In this document: positions 12,195 through 23,440 of the stretch, in pieces
How positions within the stretch are numbered: the stretch's first letter is position 1
How the letters are laid out: every line of letters begins with the position of its first letter
Source: Sminthopsis crassicaudata
Lineage: Eukaryota
Direction of reading: 5' to 3'
NCBI RefSeq assembly: GCF_048593235.1
Contig: NC_133620.1
Span: forward strand, 373,331,261 to 373,395,260
Length of the DNA: 64,000 nucleotides
Position numbers and translations under genes: made by a program
Notes under the pieces: generated by a model
Databases searched by the model: none
Told to the model about the DNA's origin: nothing
What the model saw: the letters and a program-made list of their open reading frames with translations, nothing else

Positions 12195-12365
12195 CATTAC
12201 TTTTTTTGGCAGAGATAATGAAGTAGCTGGCCATTTCCTTCTCTAGTTCATTTTACAAATGAGGAACTGAGGCAATGACAGGCTAAGGGACCTCCCCACT
12301 GTGACTGAGGCTGCCTTAGAGCTCAGCTCTTCCTAAGACACTTAGCTGCCCACTGAGCTAACACT
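12195..12365 (-). mobile_element. MAR1-type marsupial SINE
   Basis: GGCCATTTCCTTCTCTAGTTCATTTTACAAATGAGGAACTGAGGCAA matches the MAR1 core/tail in reverse. Confidence 0.7.
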
Positions 12366-13019
12366 GGGGAGAAGGCAAATTATGGACAAAGTAGTTTTGT
12401 GTCTTAAGCAAGATTTGAAAACTGTACTCCTTTTAGGCTATTATTTACCAGAAAATTTGAACTTTTACTATAAAACATGCAGCTTGGAGTCACTTGTCAC
12501 CCAAATGGAAAAGATCTTAAACATCACCTAAGCCAGGCCCCTCTTTTTTACAAATAAGGAAACTGAGGACCTGGGGCAATCTGCCTAAGATCTTAGAGAA
12601 AGAAAAGACCAGACAAGGATCCTACAACTTCTTATCTCAAAATAAGTACCTGCAGGGAAAGGCAGGGACACAGGGCAGTGGCTGTTCTATTAAAGATTCC
12701 ACAAACTATAATAGGAGAGGCTAAAACTAGCCACCACCATCCACCCACTCACCCCCAAGAATGACTTCACTAAGAAGAAACTTCAGACTAAATGGAACAA
12801 AGGAACAGCAATTTCACCTTTAAAAGCAATAAATGATTTCAACCCCACTGCCCCATGTCTAAGCAAGTTTAGGGCCTTCATGGAGACAGAATTGCTAGAA
12901 TTACTCAAAATTCAATCCAGATTTTCTAAACCCCCTCAGATTTGTCTTCAGCTTGGGTGCTCAGCTTTCTCTTCCCTTCTCACTCCTTCTCAGTCCTTGC
13001 TTAGCCAATTATACCCTTT

Positions 13020-13810
13020 TTCATGCATTTTCAATCTCTCCCCTACCACTGGCTCTTTCCCATGTGCCTACTAGATCCCCCCAATCCTACAAAAGGCTTT
13101 GTTCAGTCTTTCAAATCCATCTAGCTACTATCATTTCTTTCTGGCATACCACCCTTTCTCTGCCAGAATTCTTGAAAAACCTCATGTTTCTACTGCCTCA
13201 CCATATGCCCTCCACTTAAAACTCCTCTCTCAGGTTACCAGGTACCTTATCACCAAGTCCAATGAACTTTTCAGGCTGCATCTTTCTTGACCTCTCTGCA
13301 AACTGACTCCTGCCTTGCTTCTGCTTCAGACATTGCTTCCCAACTTCCTCACTCCTCCAATTCCACAGAATTCCAGTCTTCATACCTACTCTTCATGGGG
13401 GGGTGATCACTAACCTTCAGTCCCCAGCCCTCTATCCTTTTTTCTCTATGGAGACTTCTAATCTCACTTGTAACCATGATTTTGGCTATTATCCATGTAC
13501 ACACTCCCATATCTCTCCTCTGCTATCCCCAAGTTCCTTTCTAAGCTCCAGACTACTGCCTATTGGACCTAGCTGATCAACACACCCATCAATCAACTAG
13601 TATTTAAGTGCTCCTCTGTTCAAGGCACAGTCTTCCTCTGGTCCTGTACTCTCATCATCCTGGTCACCCTGTCTTGGACATCCACACTCTAATGTGTCAT
13701 GGTCCTTCTTCAATGCAGCACCAGAAAGAAATACTGTGGTTCCATGAGGCAGAGCACCCCACGACTATCACTTCCCTTATCTGAACACCACTGTTTCCAT
13801 TAATTCAGTC
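13020..13810 (+). mobile_element. L2 LINE relic
   Basis: Pyrimidine-rich L2-like text (CACCAAGTCCAATGAACTTTTC...TTTCTTGACCTCTCTGCA), with an L2-tail-like piece near 13580-13630. Confidence 0.55.
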
Positions 13811-13822
13811 TAAATTCAAGAT

Positions 13823-14008
13823 GGGAAGCCATGTGGCACAGTGGATAGAGCACTGCGCCCAGAGTCAGGAAGACCATTTAACCTTGCTTGCCTCAGTTTC
13901 CTCCTCTGTAAAATGAGCTGAAGAAAGAAATGACAAACAGCTCCAGTATCTTTGCCAAGAAAATCCCAAACGGGGTCACAAAGAGTAGGACACAATTGAA
14001 TAAGAACC
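13823..14008 (+). mobile_element. MAR1 SINE with internal deletion
   Basis: A-box GTGGCACAGTGGATAGAGC, core CCTCAGTTTCCTCCTCTGTAAAATGAGCTG, RTE-type tail CCAGTATCTTTGCCAAGAAAATCCCAAACGGGGTCACAAAGAGTAGGACAC. Confidence 0.85.
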
Positions 14009-14419
14009 ACAAATTCAGGTCAGATTTTTTTTTCCTGACATATTATACTGTTGACTCATGTTGAGTTAATAATAGTCTTGTACAATAATATTTGTAAAGT
14101 GCTTAGGATAGAGCCTGGCACTGGGATGGGGGCTATACGGATGCTTATTCCTTTTCTTTCCTCTTAATTTTCCCCTAAAATTCCCAGTTCATTTTCATAC
14201 TAATTGTTGGTTAGGCCAAATTCTGTCATGATATACCTGTGTAGCTGATTTTTTCTTTTTAATGCAGGTGAGACTTAATATTTATTTACAAATTCTACTA
14301 TCATAGATTTTGCCTACCTAGTCTGTCCCAAATCATTTGGATACCGATTCCATCGTCTGTATACTATTGACATCTTTAGGGTTCAGCACAAAGGTTGAGA
14401 CTGATGTTCAGGCACCAAA

Positions 14420-14925
14420 TATTGGGGTTCGTTCATGTGAAGAATTCACAATGGCCATTCTTTTTGGCAAAAGGTAGGCTTATTTAGGAGGAAACATGAC
14501 AGACCAAATGAAGGGATACAACAGTCAGAAGGAGTGGTAAATACAAAATGGAATCGGGAGAGCAATGGGGTTACCAGAGAAAGAAGTTCCTTCCTTCCTT
14601 CCTGGCAATTGGGGTTAAATGACTTGCCCAGGGTCACACAACTAGGCAGGGTTAAGTGTTAGTCCATTCCTTTTCATGTCATGGCATCACCTCCCCGGTG
14701 TCATGGTCCTCTTTGGGAGAAGGACAAACCAACTACAACGACTGACTGGCGGGCTAGCCCATAAGGCGTTAGCACCCTAAAAGAGCTAGTTAGTTATAAG
14801 GAGAAAGACATCATGAGACATGGGGGAGGGCGGGCTAACCCCAAAAGGCATTCAGCAAAGATGGTCTGGACCACAGGGGAAATTTAACCCCAGGGCTTTG
14901 ATATAACTTGGATTTCTGACAGGAC
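14420..14925 (-). mobile_element. Probable LTR-like element interrupted by SINE fragments at ~14585-14725
   Basis: Inserted GGCAATTGGGGTTAAATGACTTGCCCAGGGTCACACA (SINE core, -) and GTCATGGTCCTCTTTGGGAGAAGGACAAAC (RTE-SINE tail-like). The flanks look LTR-like, but no TSD was found. Confidence 0.35.
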
Positions 14926-15064
14926 AGAGCAAAATGGGGCTACTCACCACAAAGAGTGGGACTATAAAACTGAACTAATCTACATCAATGCCCTTTCCTG
15001 CCCATTTCAAGGAGCAATTTTATCAGTACTTCAGTTTTTCTCTGCCAGCCCCCGCCCCCAGATC

Positions 15065-15200
15065 TCATCACTATCACTTCTCAACTCTTCATCTGGAAGC
15101 TTGATGGAACATTCATTTATGCTATTGTTCAAGTCACTGTTAAAAATGTTAAAAAGCATCTGGACAAGGACGGATTGCTGGGGTACTGCGCTGGGGGTGT
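15065..15200 (-). mobile_element. L3/CR1 LINE reverse-transcriptase fragment
   Basis: Translation AVPQQSVLVQMLFNIFNSDLNNSINECSIKLPD matches the CR1-clade RT motif GVPQGSVLGPxLFNIFINDL...KFADD. Confidence 0.8.
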
Positions 15201-15664
15201 AACTTTGCCTCTTCTCTTCCCTCCCATAAATCCTGCTGACCCTTCCCCCCCCAAACCTGGGCAGTAAGTAGTACAAGTTCTAACTTGAACTCTTTAGTCC
15301 TTTTCTTTCCTTCTACCATGAAGATGCTAATGGATGCTCTGTGTGCGCCCTCACCCTTTTCCATCTCTGCCCACCTCCTGAAATCCTACTCATCCTTTAA
15401 GCCCAGCTCCCATCCCTTGCACCGTGGTCTCTAATTCCTCCTTCCTCTCTCCCTCCTCCCCGGATTTCACACCGCACTTTACACAAGTACCACAATATGA
15501 AATAATACAAGTCATATGTCCTATTGAAAGCTGGGCCTTCATCTGAACTTTCTCTCTCTCCAAAGCCAGTGTTTTGCTCACATGGGGGAGTGCCGTGGTA
15601 AACATCTTGCAAACCCCTAATCTCTTCCTTCCACCACCCAGCTCTCTCTTTTATATCTGCTCAC

Positions 15665-15840
15665 CAGCTGCCGAAGGCCTCTTAGTTACTAGGTAAGATT
15701 GTTGACAGGCAGTAACAGGAAGTGAAAGCCACTGGTAAAGTCTCTGTTTACCCCTCATTCTGGTACAGCATGCTCAAGTCCCCCAGCGATGACTACCATG
15801 GCAACCAAGGTGCTGTCAGGCCCACTGTCACCATGGGGAT
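15665..15840 (-). promoter_or_regulatory. PBXIP1: Candidate PBXIP1 alternative first exon / enhancer
   Basis: Donor CTG|GTGAGC (exon edge 15665), ETS-IRF composite GGAAGTGAAA at 15718-15727, RFX-like X-boxes at ~15685, ~15793 and ~15827. Confidence 0.4.
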
Positions 15841-16289
15841 GAGGACTAGTATTTAGGTCATCAAAACATTCTTTCCCACCCTGGGGAAACCCAGCCAAGG
15901 AAAGGGCTCCTACCCAAGCATCCTGGGTTCCCAGGCCCCGGCATCTCTTGCATCAGCCTTCTGGGATCCCTAGGGTGTGCCAGCATCCTCAGAAAAATCC
16001 CACCCCCATTTTGGGTCTATTTCTTCATCTGTAAAATTCCTAAGATCTCCAAGAATTCAACAATCTAAGTTCCTTCCACAGTCTAAGTTCTGAGGCAGCA
16101 CGATAACACGCCAAGAGCCCCCAGTGTGACGTTGGAAAGTTTGTATCCAAATGCCACACTTAATAGCTATGGAAAAATCACTTCCAAGACTCAGTTTTTC
16201 CATCTGTAAAATGGGGATAAATACTTTGTTGTGCCTTTCCGCTGGGTTAGGGGGAGGAAGGGCGAGCGCAGCGACCGTTAAAGTGCTGA

Positions 16290-17600
16290 GTGTCCACAGT
16301 AAGCATAACTAAGGCTCCTTCCTCCCTAACTGACAGGAGCACCTATTTTCTTCCTCCCCTCGGACTCCGACAACCGCGGAGCGCGCGCTCTCCCCACCCC
16401 CACCCCTTTAAAGATCTGCAGTGTTCTACAATACTGTCTGTGAGGGACGGGCTGACAGCCGCTTTACAAGCGAGGGCACTGAGGCAGAGAGCCCAGGCGG
16501 CGTCACGCGCCCCTCCGGCCCCCGGCCCAGAGCGCCTCTGTGGGATGGGGGGTGGGGAAGCCACGGGCCCTGCCTGCATCTATAACCGCCCCCTCTGTGC
16601 AAACAGACCGCTTCCGGACGAAGGGAGAGACGGGGGCGGACGGCTTCTCCAGCAGCCTCGGTCAGTCTCTCCGTCCCAGGCCGGCCGCACTCTCCGCTCC
16701 GCCCGCGGGGAAGACCACCGCTGCCAGGGTGGTGGACACTGAGGAGAGCCCGCCCTCCCGACCTGCCAGCGGATGCCCCGAGCTCCCCGTCCTTTCCCAC
16801 CCCTCGCCCCCAGTCTGGGGACATTACCTGAGCCAGCTGGGGGGGGGGCTCGATCTTCAACTAAACCTGCTCCCGGGTCCCCGAGTTTCCGACCTCTCGT
16901 GGAGGAAGGGACACGTGACACCCCAAAGACCAATAGGGAAACGGCTCCTTCGCCAGGGGAAAAAACTTTGCACCAATGGGAAAGGGGGTGAGGCGGCTGG
17001 GCCATAGAGACTCAGGCTGCGGCGGGAAGGAAGGTGGCGAGCGGACCTCGCGCACCTCTCCCAGGCCCGCCCCACCCCCACCCGCGCCGGCTAGCTAGGA
17101 CTGGGACCTCGGGGCTTGCAGATGACAGCCGCTTCCGGGCCCAAGCCCGAGTCAGATGAGTCCGGGATGGACGGGGACAGCTGTGGCCCGATAGGTGGAG
17201 GAGCGTGCGCTCCGCCCCTCCCTCCCCCCTCCCTTCGCCTCCGGGCCCTCGACGTTCCAGCCTTGGCTCGAGACCCAGCCCCGGAGCTAGCCCAGAAAGG
17301 AAACTCAGTCCATTTCTCACGACCTGGCCGGGCGGAGGGGGGGGGGGGGGCCAGGCTTCTGGCGGCTCCCCTGCCCCGTGGGAGCCCCCTCCAACCAGGC
17401 TTTCCTCGCTCAGCCGGGCCGGTGCAGGCCGTTCCCAGCTCTCCGGACAGACCTCCCCAGGCGGTGTGAAAAATCTGCCCATTCCCGGCACGTTACCCCA
17501 TAAGAGGTGGAGCGAGCGCGTGGAGCCCGCAGCAAGCTTCGAGGCCGCCTCCGAGAAGTTCGCATTACCAGAGGCTGCCGCCCCCCAAACACAAGTCGGG
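16290..17600 (-). promoter_or_regulatory. PBXIP1: PBXIP1 CpG-island promoter and non-coding first exon (edge 16828)
   Basis: CpG-rich; donor CAG|GTAATG; E-box GTCACGTG (CACGTG 16912-16917); CCAAT at 16930 and 16973. Confidence 0.75.
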
Positions 17601-17625
17601 GACCCAACGTGGCTTTTCAAGTCAC

Positions 17626-17631
17626 TTTATA
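17626..17631 (-). terminator. PYGO2: Candidate distal PYGO2 poly(A) signal, variant TATAAA
   Basis: Located where the U-rich 3'UTR-like sequence ends and the PBXIP1 CpG island begins. Confidence 0.4.
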
Positions 17632-18494
17632 AATCCAACCGTACAAAAAGACCAAAGGCCCCCACCAATGCCAATCCACCCCGGCCCCTTTGCCCCGATC
17701 TTAGTGGATAGAGGGGGTGGCTCTTTACAAAACGGGGAAAGAAGAAAACAGGGCAGAGGAGGAATGCACAAAAATAGCAACAGATAATGGGAAGGGACGT
17801 CAGAGGCAAACCAAAACAACACAAAATTTAAGTGTGGTTTTCCATCCGTGGTCAGTTCCTTTTCATGTTTTGTTCTTTCCCCCCCACCCAGGGAAAAAGG
17901 GACAGGAACACTGGTCCACTCTGTTCTGGAATTAAGGAAGAGCTTTGAGCATTAGCAAAAAACAGACAAGAAACCGAGATGCCCAGTCCCCTTGCCTTGG
18001 AGTTATCTCATCCAAGTGCTCTGGAACAGGGAAAGCTGCCTGGGGTGCAGAGGAAAAAATATACCTTGGCCCTTTTCCATTACTCCCTCCTCAGCTAAAG
18101 GAGTACTGACAGCTAGAGGCTGCTGATTCCTTCCAGATGACTAAGCCTCACCCCCAATCACCAAGGGGGAGCTGAGCTGCAAGCTGAGGGTTTCATCAGG
18201 GTGGGAAAGGGGGCAAGTAGAGTACCCACATAACTCAGAACCAGCAGGGGCTAAGCAGAGAGGCCCCATGCTGAGCAGCCAACCATCTCCTTCAGCCAAG
18301 TGGTTTTATCAGAAGAGAAAATACACTGTAAAGGGATGATAAAAATCAGATTTTCAACTGCTGGATCACTTAAGCCTTGGGAAATTCTGGGGAAAAGTAT
18401 GAAAATATCCAATTCTTTCCTAACCTCCCATAAGGATCCCAGGGAATAACCCTGCCCCATCCAAAGGGGGAAGATGTAACCTTCACTTTTATCC

Positions 18495-18500
18495 TTTATT
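18495..18500 (-). terminator. PYGO2: Candidate proximal PYGO2 poly(A) signal AATAAA
   Basis: TTTATT on +, ~850 nt past the stop codon. Confidence 0.45.
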
Positions 18501-19352
18501 TATAAGAACATCTGAAATAAATGATTGAGAAAATTATTGGGATTTCTACTCTTTTCTTCGGTTCTCAGTATAGCAGACACAGGTGCTATAGATAAAAGGG
18601 CAGATTTGGAAAAACAGTTATTGTCTATGAGATGTACAAAATGTCAGGGGTGAGGGAAGCAGATGAAGAGACTGGAACTGGGGAGGGAGGGACCTGTGAC
18701 TTTGGTATGAGGGAACAAGCTCAAGAACACCATCTCTCACCCATTCTGATCTTGCTGTCACCAAAATCTCCAGAAATCTGCTGTGGTTCAGACCTTCATC
18801 TAGTTTCCTCAAAGCCTTTTGGTTCCAGAGGAGGGAAGCCAGTGGAAAGAGAATTGCTAGAAAAAAATGGATGACCCCTACCAACTGGTTCCACTCATTG
18901 ATTAATACTGTCTTCTGCACTGGGCTGCATGGGAGACCACTGAAGGAATGGGGGAAAAAACATTCAGGAGTTTATCCCTCAGAGTGAGACTGGGTAGGAG
19001 TATTAGGCAGATACTATAAGGCATCTGGCACCAGTAAGGAAATGCAGCCCCAAACCAATAATGTCCACTCAATATCCTACCCCTCTATCCTTTCCTCTTT
19101 AAGACACCCTGGACAATCAGAGAATGGCACTGCTCAACAAGGCTCCCAGGGGACTCTTTCTTAGCCCTTCAGGTGCAGGTTCCAAAGAGAGAAAGATCCA
19201 GGCATTCCCTTGCCCAGTAAATCCCTTCTCTCAGCCCCAGGAATCACTATGCTTCCTCCCAGCCTGAGTGGAGAGCTGGGACCAAGAGCCACGAGAGGAA
19301 AGGTCCATGGTCCTCCAGGAGATCGCCTGGTCCCACGCTGCCTCTGTCCACA

Positions 19353-22300
19353 TCACCCATCATTGGCAGCCACTAGTTGTCCCATGCCTTCTCGGATGTA
19401 GACGGACTGGATCTCCTTGGTCTTGAGGCAGAAATCACAGGCCCAGACGGCCGAAGCTTCGGTGGTCAGCAGCCCATAGGCATTCTCTGTCATGCCAGTA
19501 CATTCTCGATGGAACCACTTCTGACAAGACGCCTCACACAAAATGGCGTCCTGGTCGTCATTCACTTCGCTCCGGCATGCCCCACATGGGTACACCAAGC
19601 CTGGAGGGGGCTGGTGCCCTGATGCCCCGCCTGTCTTACTGGGAGGTGCCGCCAGGCTGTTGGCATCTGGGGTGCCCCCACCCCGACCACCACTGTTCTG
19701 GGGAAAACTGGGCTGGTTGCCATTGACAGCAGCAGCAGGTGAGCCCGAATGAGGCTCCTGGGGGAAGGCAGTTGCTGCAGGAGGATTTAGGGGCTTCCCT
19801 CCATCCTCTCCTCCAGGACCAGGGAAACCAGGATCAGGACCAGGGAAGGGGCTCGTGTTAGGGGGCAGACTCGGGAGTCCTTGGCCAGGCCGCTGAAGAG
19901 GTGAGGGCCCAAAGGGAGCACCTGGCTGGGCAAATCGTTGGGGAAGGGAGGGAGGGCCCAGCTCCCCTCTGGGTGGCTGCCCCATAGTAGGTGAAATCAT
20001 GGGTCCAAACCCCCCCACAGGGCCTGGCATCATTTGTCCCCCAGGAGGACTAAAGTTCTGGCCCAAGGGCTGGTTAAAGGGCTGGCTGGAGAAGTTCATG
20101 TTACCTGGGGGTGGGTACCCAGGGCCCTGAGGGGGCATATTGAAGGCAGGACCCATTGGATTGGGGGGAAAAGGAGGAGGCTGTCGTCGCAGTGGTTGAG
20201 GCCCTCCTCCACCTCCACCACCATAGCCTGGGGGCACCTGGCCTGCCATGCCCCCCTGCACACGAAATCCACCAAAGGGCACGGGGCTGCCAAGGAAAGG
20301 AGGTGCTGCCCCCCCAACTTTGGGGGCCCCAAAGTCATCCTCAAATGGGTTGGATGCCACCAGATGATCCACCATGGGGGTTGGGGGTGGTGCAAACTCC
20401 GTCAGGTGTGAGTATGCAGGGCCCTGGGAAGGGGAAGGACAAAGAGGGGAAAGGGAGGCGTTACAGGTGAAAGAACACAGGAAAGCAAAGACCCGGAGAA
20501 CAGGGAGGGAGATCCAAAATATAGTTCCCTTACAAGAGATTGTGGGAACAATAAAGGAAATTGGGTAGCTAGGGAATGATTGTGGATGTTGATAGCGCCT
20601 GACCAAAAAGAAACTTCTGTCAAACCCAGTCTCTTGGCTTACTCATACCACGGGATTTAGAGCAGGAAGGGGGTCTCTGATAAAATCAAACTCAACCTGT
20701 CTCAGAGCAGGCCTGAAGGGGTATGAATAGATCAAGAAGAGATCTACAAAACGGCACCAACAGGAACTCCTCCACTTCCTCTCTTCCTATACCCACTCCA
20801 AGGAATAGATGGGAAGACTAAGGCTTTCAAGTAGGATAGGCAAGAAGCAGGATCGTGGTGTCCCTAAGGCTAATGAAAAAAGACCCCACCCCACCTAATA
20901 TAGACCCCACTCACCTGAGTATTTGACTTGCGCCGTTTCTTTTCTGGGCTCTTCATTTGCAGACCTGGAAAGAAAGAATGGTTGAGGAGGATGTCTCCAA
21001 GAAATGGGCAGCCTAGGCTCTCCAAGCCCCATTCCCCACAGCCATGCCCCAGACAAATCTCCAAGCCTCTTCCCTCAGTGCTGTCAGGTCTCTACATTGT
21101 TTCCAACCCAAGGCTTGCTCTGCTCCCAACTCCCATTAACCTGGAATCCCAGGCTGAAGAATGCAAGGGGGAAGGAGAATGAGGAGCCACATTCCAGGCT
21201 AAGTCTGGGATTTAGAGGAGTGTTTCATAGCGTCAGTCTAGGACTCCCTCAACTGCTCATTCCTTCCCCCCAGATGCCCAGCAAATAGTCCGGGCCTAAG
21301 TCTCTATAATGTAAGGTAGAACTAGCGCTCTCTAGGAGTCTGGTGAGCACTTCAAATTGGCCCCAATCACGGCCCCCTTCAATTTTAGGTTGTCTCCAAT
21401 GACCTCAGAAGCCCTGCTGAATCCTCTCAACCCCCCCATGCAGAGTAGAATCTCCTATAAATCCAGATGTCTTTGTCCCCACTGACTGTCTCGTCCCCCT
21501 GAAATATTCTGCACCCTCACCGCTCCCTTCTATTTTCGTGGTCAAAGAATACGAACAGGCAATTTTCAGAAGAAATCCAAGCTACCCATGGTCATATAAA
21601 AAAGGCTTTAAACAACTATTGATTAGAGAAATACAAGCTGAAAACTCCAGAGGGACCTCCTCACACCTGGCTAACACAAGGGAAAAGGAGCTCGGCAAAT
21701 GCTGGAGGCGGTGTGGAAAACGGGCCACTGGGAACCACTGGGGAGAACAATCCAGACATGCCCAGGGCTCGGGAGCCCAGCCCACCACACTGGGTCTGTC
21801 CCAAGGAGACGGAAGGAGGAGGCTCTATCTGCCCCAAAATGCGGATGGCTGCTCTCTTCGCCATGGGCCGTGGCCTGTGATGTGCCACAGTGAGGCTGAG
21901 AGCCAAAAGGGCCGTTTCAGAAAACCCTGGGAAGACTTGCACAAACTGATACAAAGAGAAGGGAACAGAACCAGGGGATACCGTAAGGATGACCAGGCGG
22001 GAAAGGTTTGGCTTCTAGAACCGAGGCGGTGAAAACCACAGCCCCCCGGAGCCGATTAACTCTGAGGGGGATGGAAATACCCGGTTTTCACCTTATTTTC
22101 CTCACTTTTTTTTCTCCCCTCAACATAGCTGATGTGGAAATATGTTTTGCATGACTTCATATGGGTATCGAATTTCCTGCCTTCTCTGGTGGGGGAGGGA
22201 CTGGAGGGAGAAGCAGAAGCGAACATTTAGAAAAAGTTCAAGGACGAGCTCGAGCCTCCGGCGCTGGGGAGGCCTCTGCGCTCCTCACCCCTAAATGCCC

Positions 22301-22985
22301 CCCCCCCCGTGTGTACAGTGTTGTTCTCCCACAGAACGCGGGTCCTGGTTTCCCCTTTTGTACCCGGGCAGACAGCAAGCTCCCTGCCGGCCGCCCCCCT
22401 TCCAGGGACCGCTGCTCCCGGACTTCAGAGGCTCCCAGAGTGAGAGCCCCAAGAGGCAGGAACCACTGCAACTCCTCTCCGTCCGGGAGCCCCCCTAACG
22501 TGAAAGCCTCCTCCCTCCCTAAGGCCCCAGCCCAGGCGCCGATACCCCCCATCCTTAGACCCAAATCCCAACTCTCCCAGCGCTGCCCAGAGAAACTTCC
22601 CGGCCGGAGACCTCCGGGGCCGTCCTCCGGCACTCCAACCCTCAGCTCGGGAGCACAACCCAGGAGTCCGGGAACTCGGGCCGGAGCCCCCGCCCCCCGG
22701 CTCCGAGCCTCGCCACCCCCGCGCCCAGCTCCCTCCCCGGGACCCCTAGGAGCCCTTCAAACGCTCTGCCTAAGACCCCAACCACCCCCTACCTCAGACT
22801 GCTCTCCCTGAAATCCTAACTCCCCTAAGCCTCTGCTAACACCCCGGACTCGTCCGCTGAGCCCCCCCGCCCCCGCTCTCACCGGCTTTGCCCTGCTTTC
22901 TCCCGGTGCTGGGCGGCGCTGGCGGCGCGGCGGGGCCGCCTCCTCCCTCCAGCTTGTCAGGGGGGGGCGGCGCCGCGGTGGCCAT
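19353..22985 (-). CDS. PYGO2: Pygopus family PHD finger 2, 407 aa, 3 exons
   Basis: complement(join(19353..20423,20915..20964,22883..22985)). MATAAPPPPDKLEGGGG...; NLS MKSPEKKRRKSNTQ; NHD ASNPFEDDF; PHD CGACRSEVNDDQDAILCEASCQKWFHRECTG...WACDFC. GT-AG, phases 1 and 0. Confidence 0.98.
21540..22235 (+). mobile_element. L1 LINE 3' fragment (end of ORF2 and 3'UTR) in PYGO2 intron 1
   Basis: GAACAGGCAATTTTCAGAAGAAAT, CTATTGATTAGAGAAAT, CCTCACACCTG, AAATGCTGGAGG, CTGGGTCTGTCCCAAGGAGA, ACAAACTGATACAAAG and GGAAATATGTTTTGCATGACT are marsupial L1 hallmarks. Confidence 0.8.
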
Positions 22986-23440
22986 GGGGCGGGGGCGCGG
23001 GTCAGCGGCGGCGGCGGCGGCGGCCGCCCGGACGGCGGCGGGGGGGCGCAGAGCCCCCGGCCTGCACCATCTCCCAGAGGGGGGGATCAGGGCCAGCGCA
23101 GGCCCCTGGGCGGTACCATCCTGGGCAGCACGGAGGAGGGAGCGAGCGCCAGAGCGGATGGGGAGCTCCCTCCCGACTCACCCGCCCGCCCGCCGCCAGA
23201 ACCGGAACCGGAACTCGACTGGGGCTCCACCACTTCAACTCCGTGGGGAGGGGAGAGAGAGACTTACAAGCGGAAACAAGGACTCTACCATCAGCGCGGA
23301 GGCCCGGGAGACGGGGACTCCAGGGGGAAGGTCCAGCCAAGCCTGAGCGTATCACAGCGCACCCGTTCTCCAGCAGACTCCTGTCCGGGAGGGGGCAGGG
23401 CCAGCTACCTTGGTGCCCAGGGCGTGCGCCCTCGAACACC
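22240..23440 (-). promoter_or_regulatory. PYGO2: PYGO2 CpG-island promoter, with candidate upstream alternative first exon (edge 23268)
   Basis: CpG-rich; tandem ETS sites CCGGAACCGGAA at ~23203-23215; donor CTT|GTAAGT at 23267. Confidence 0.7.

Noticed and set aside
21538-22032. 164-aa + strand ORF in PYGO2 intron 1
   Set aside because: A frameshifted L1 ORF2 relic, not a host gene.
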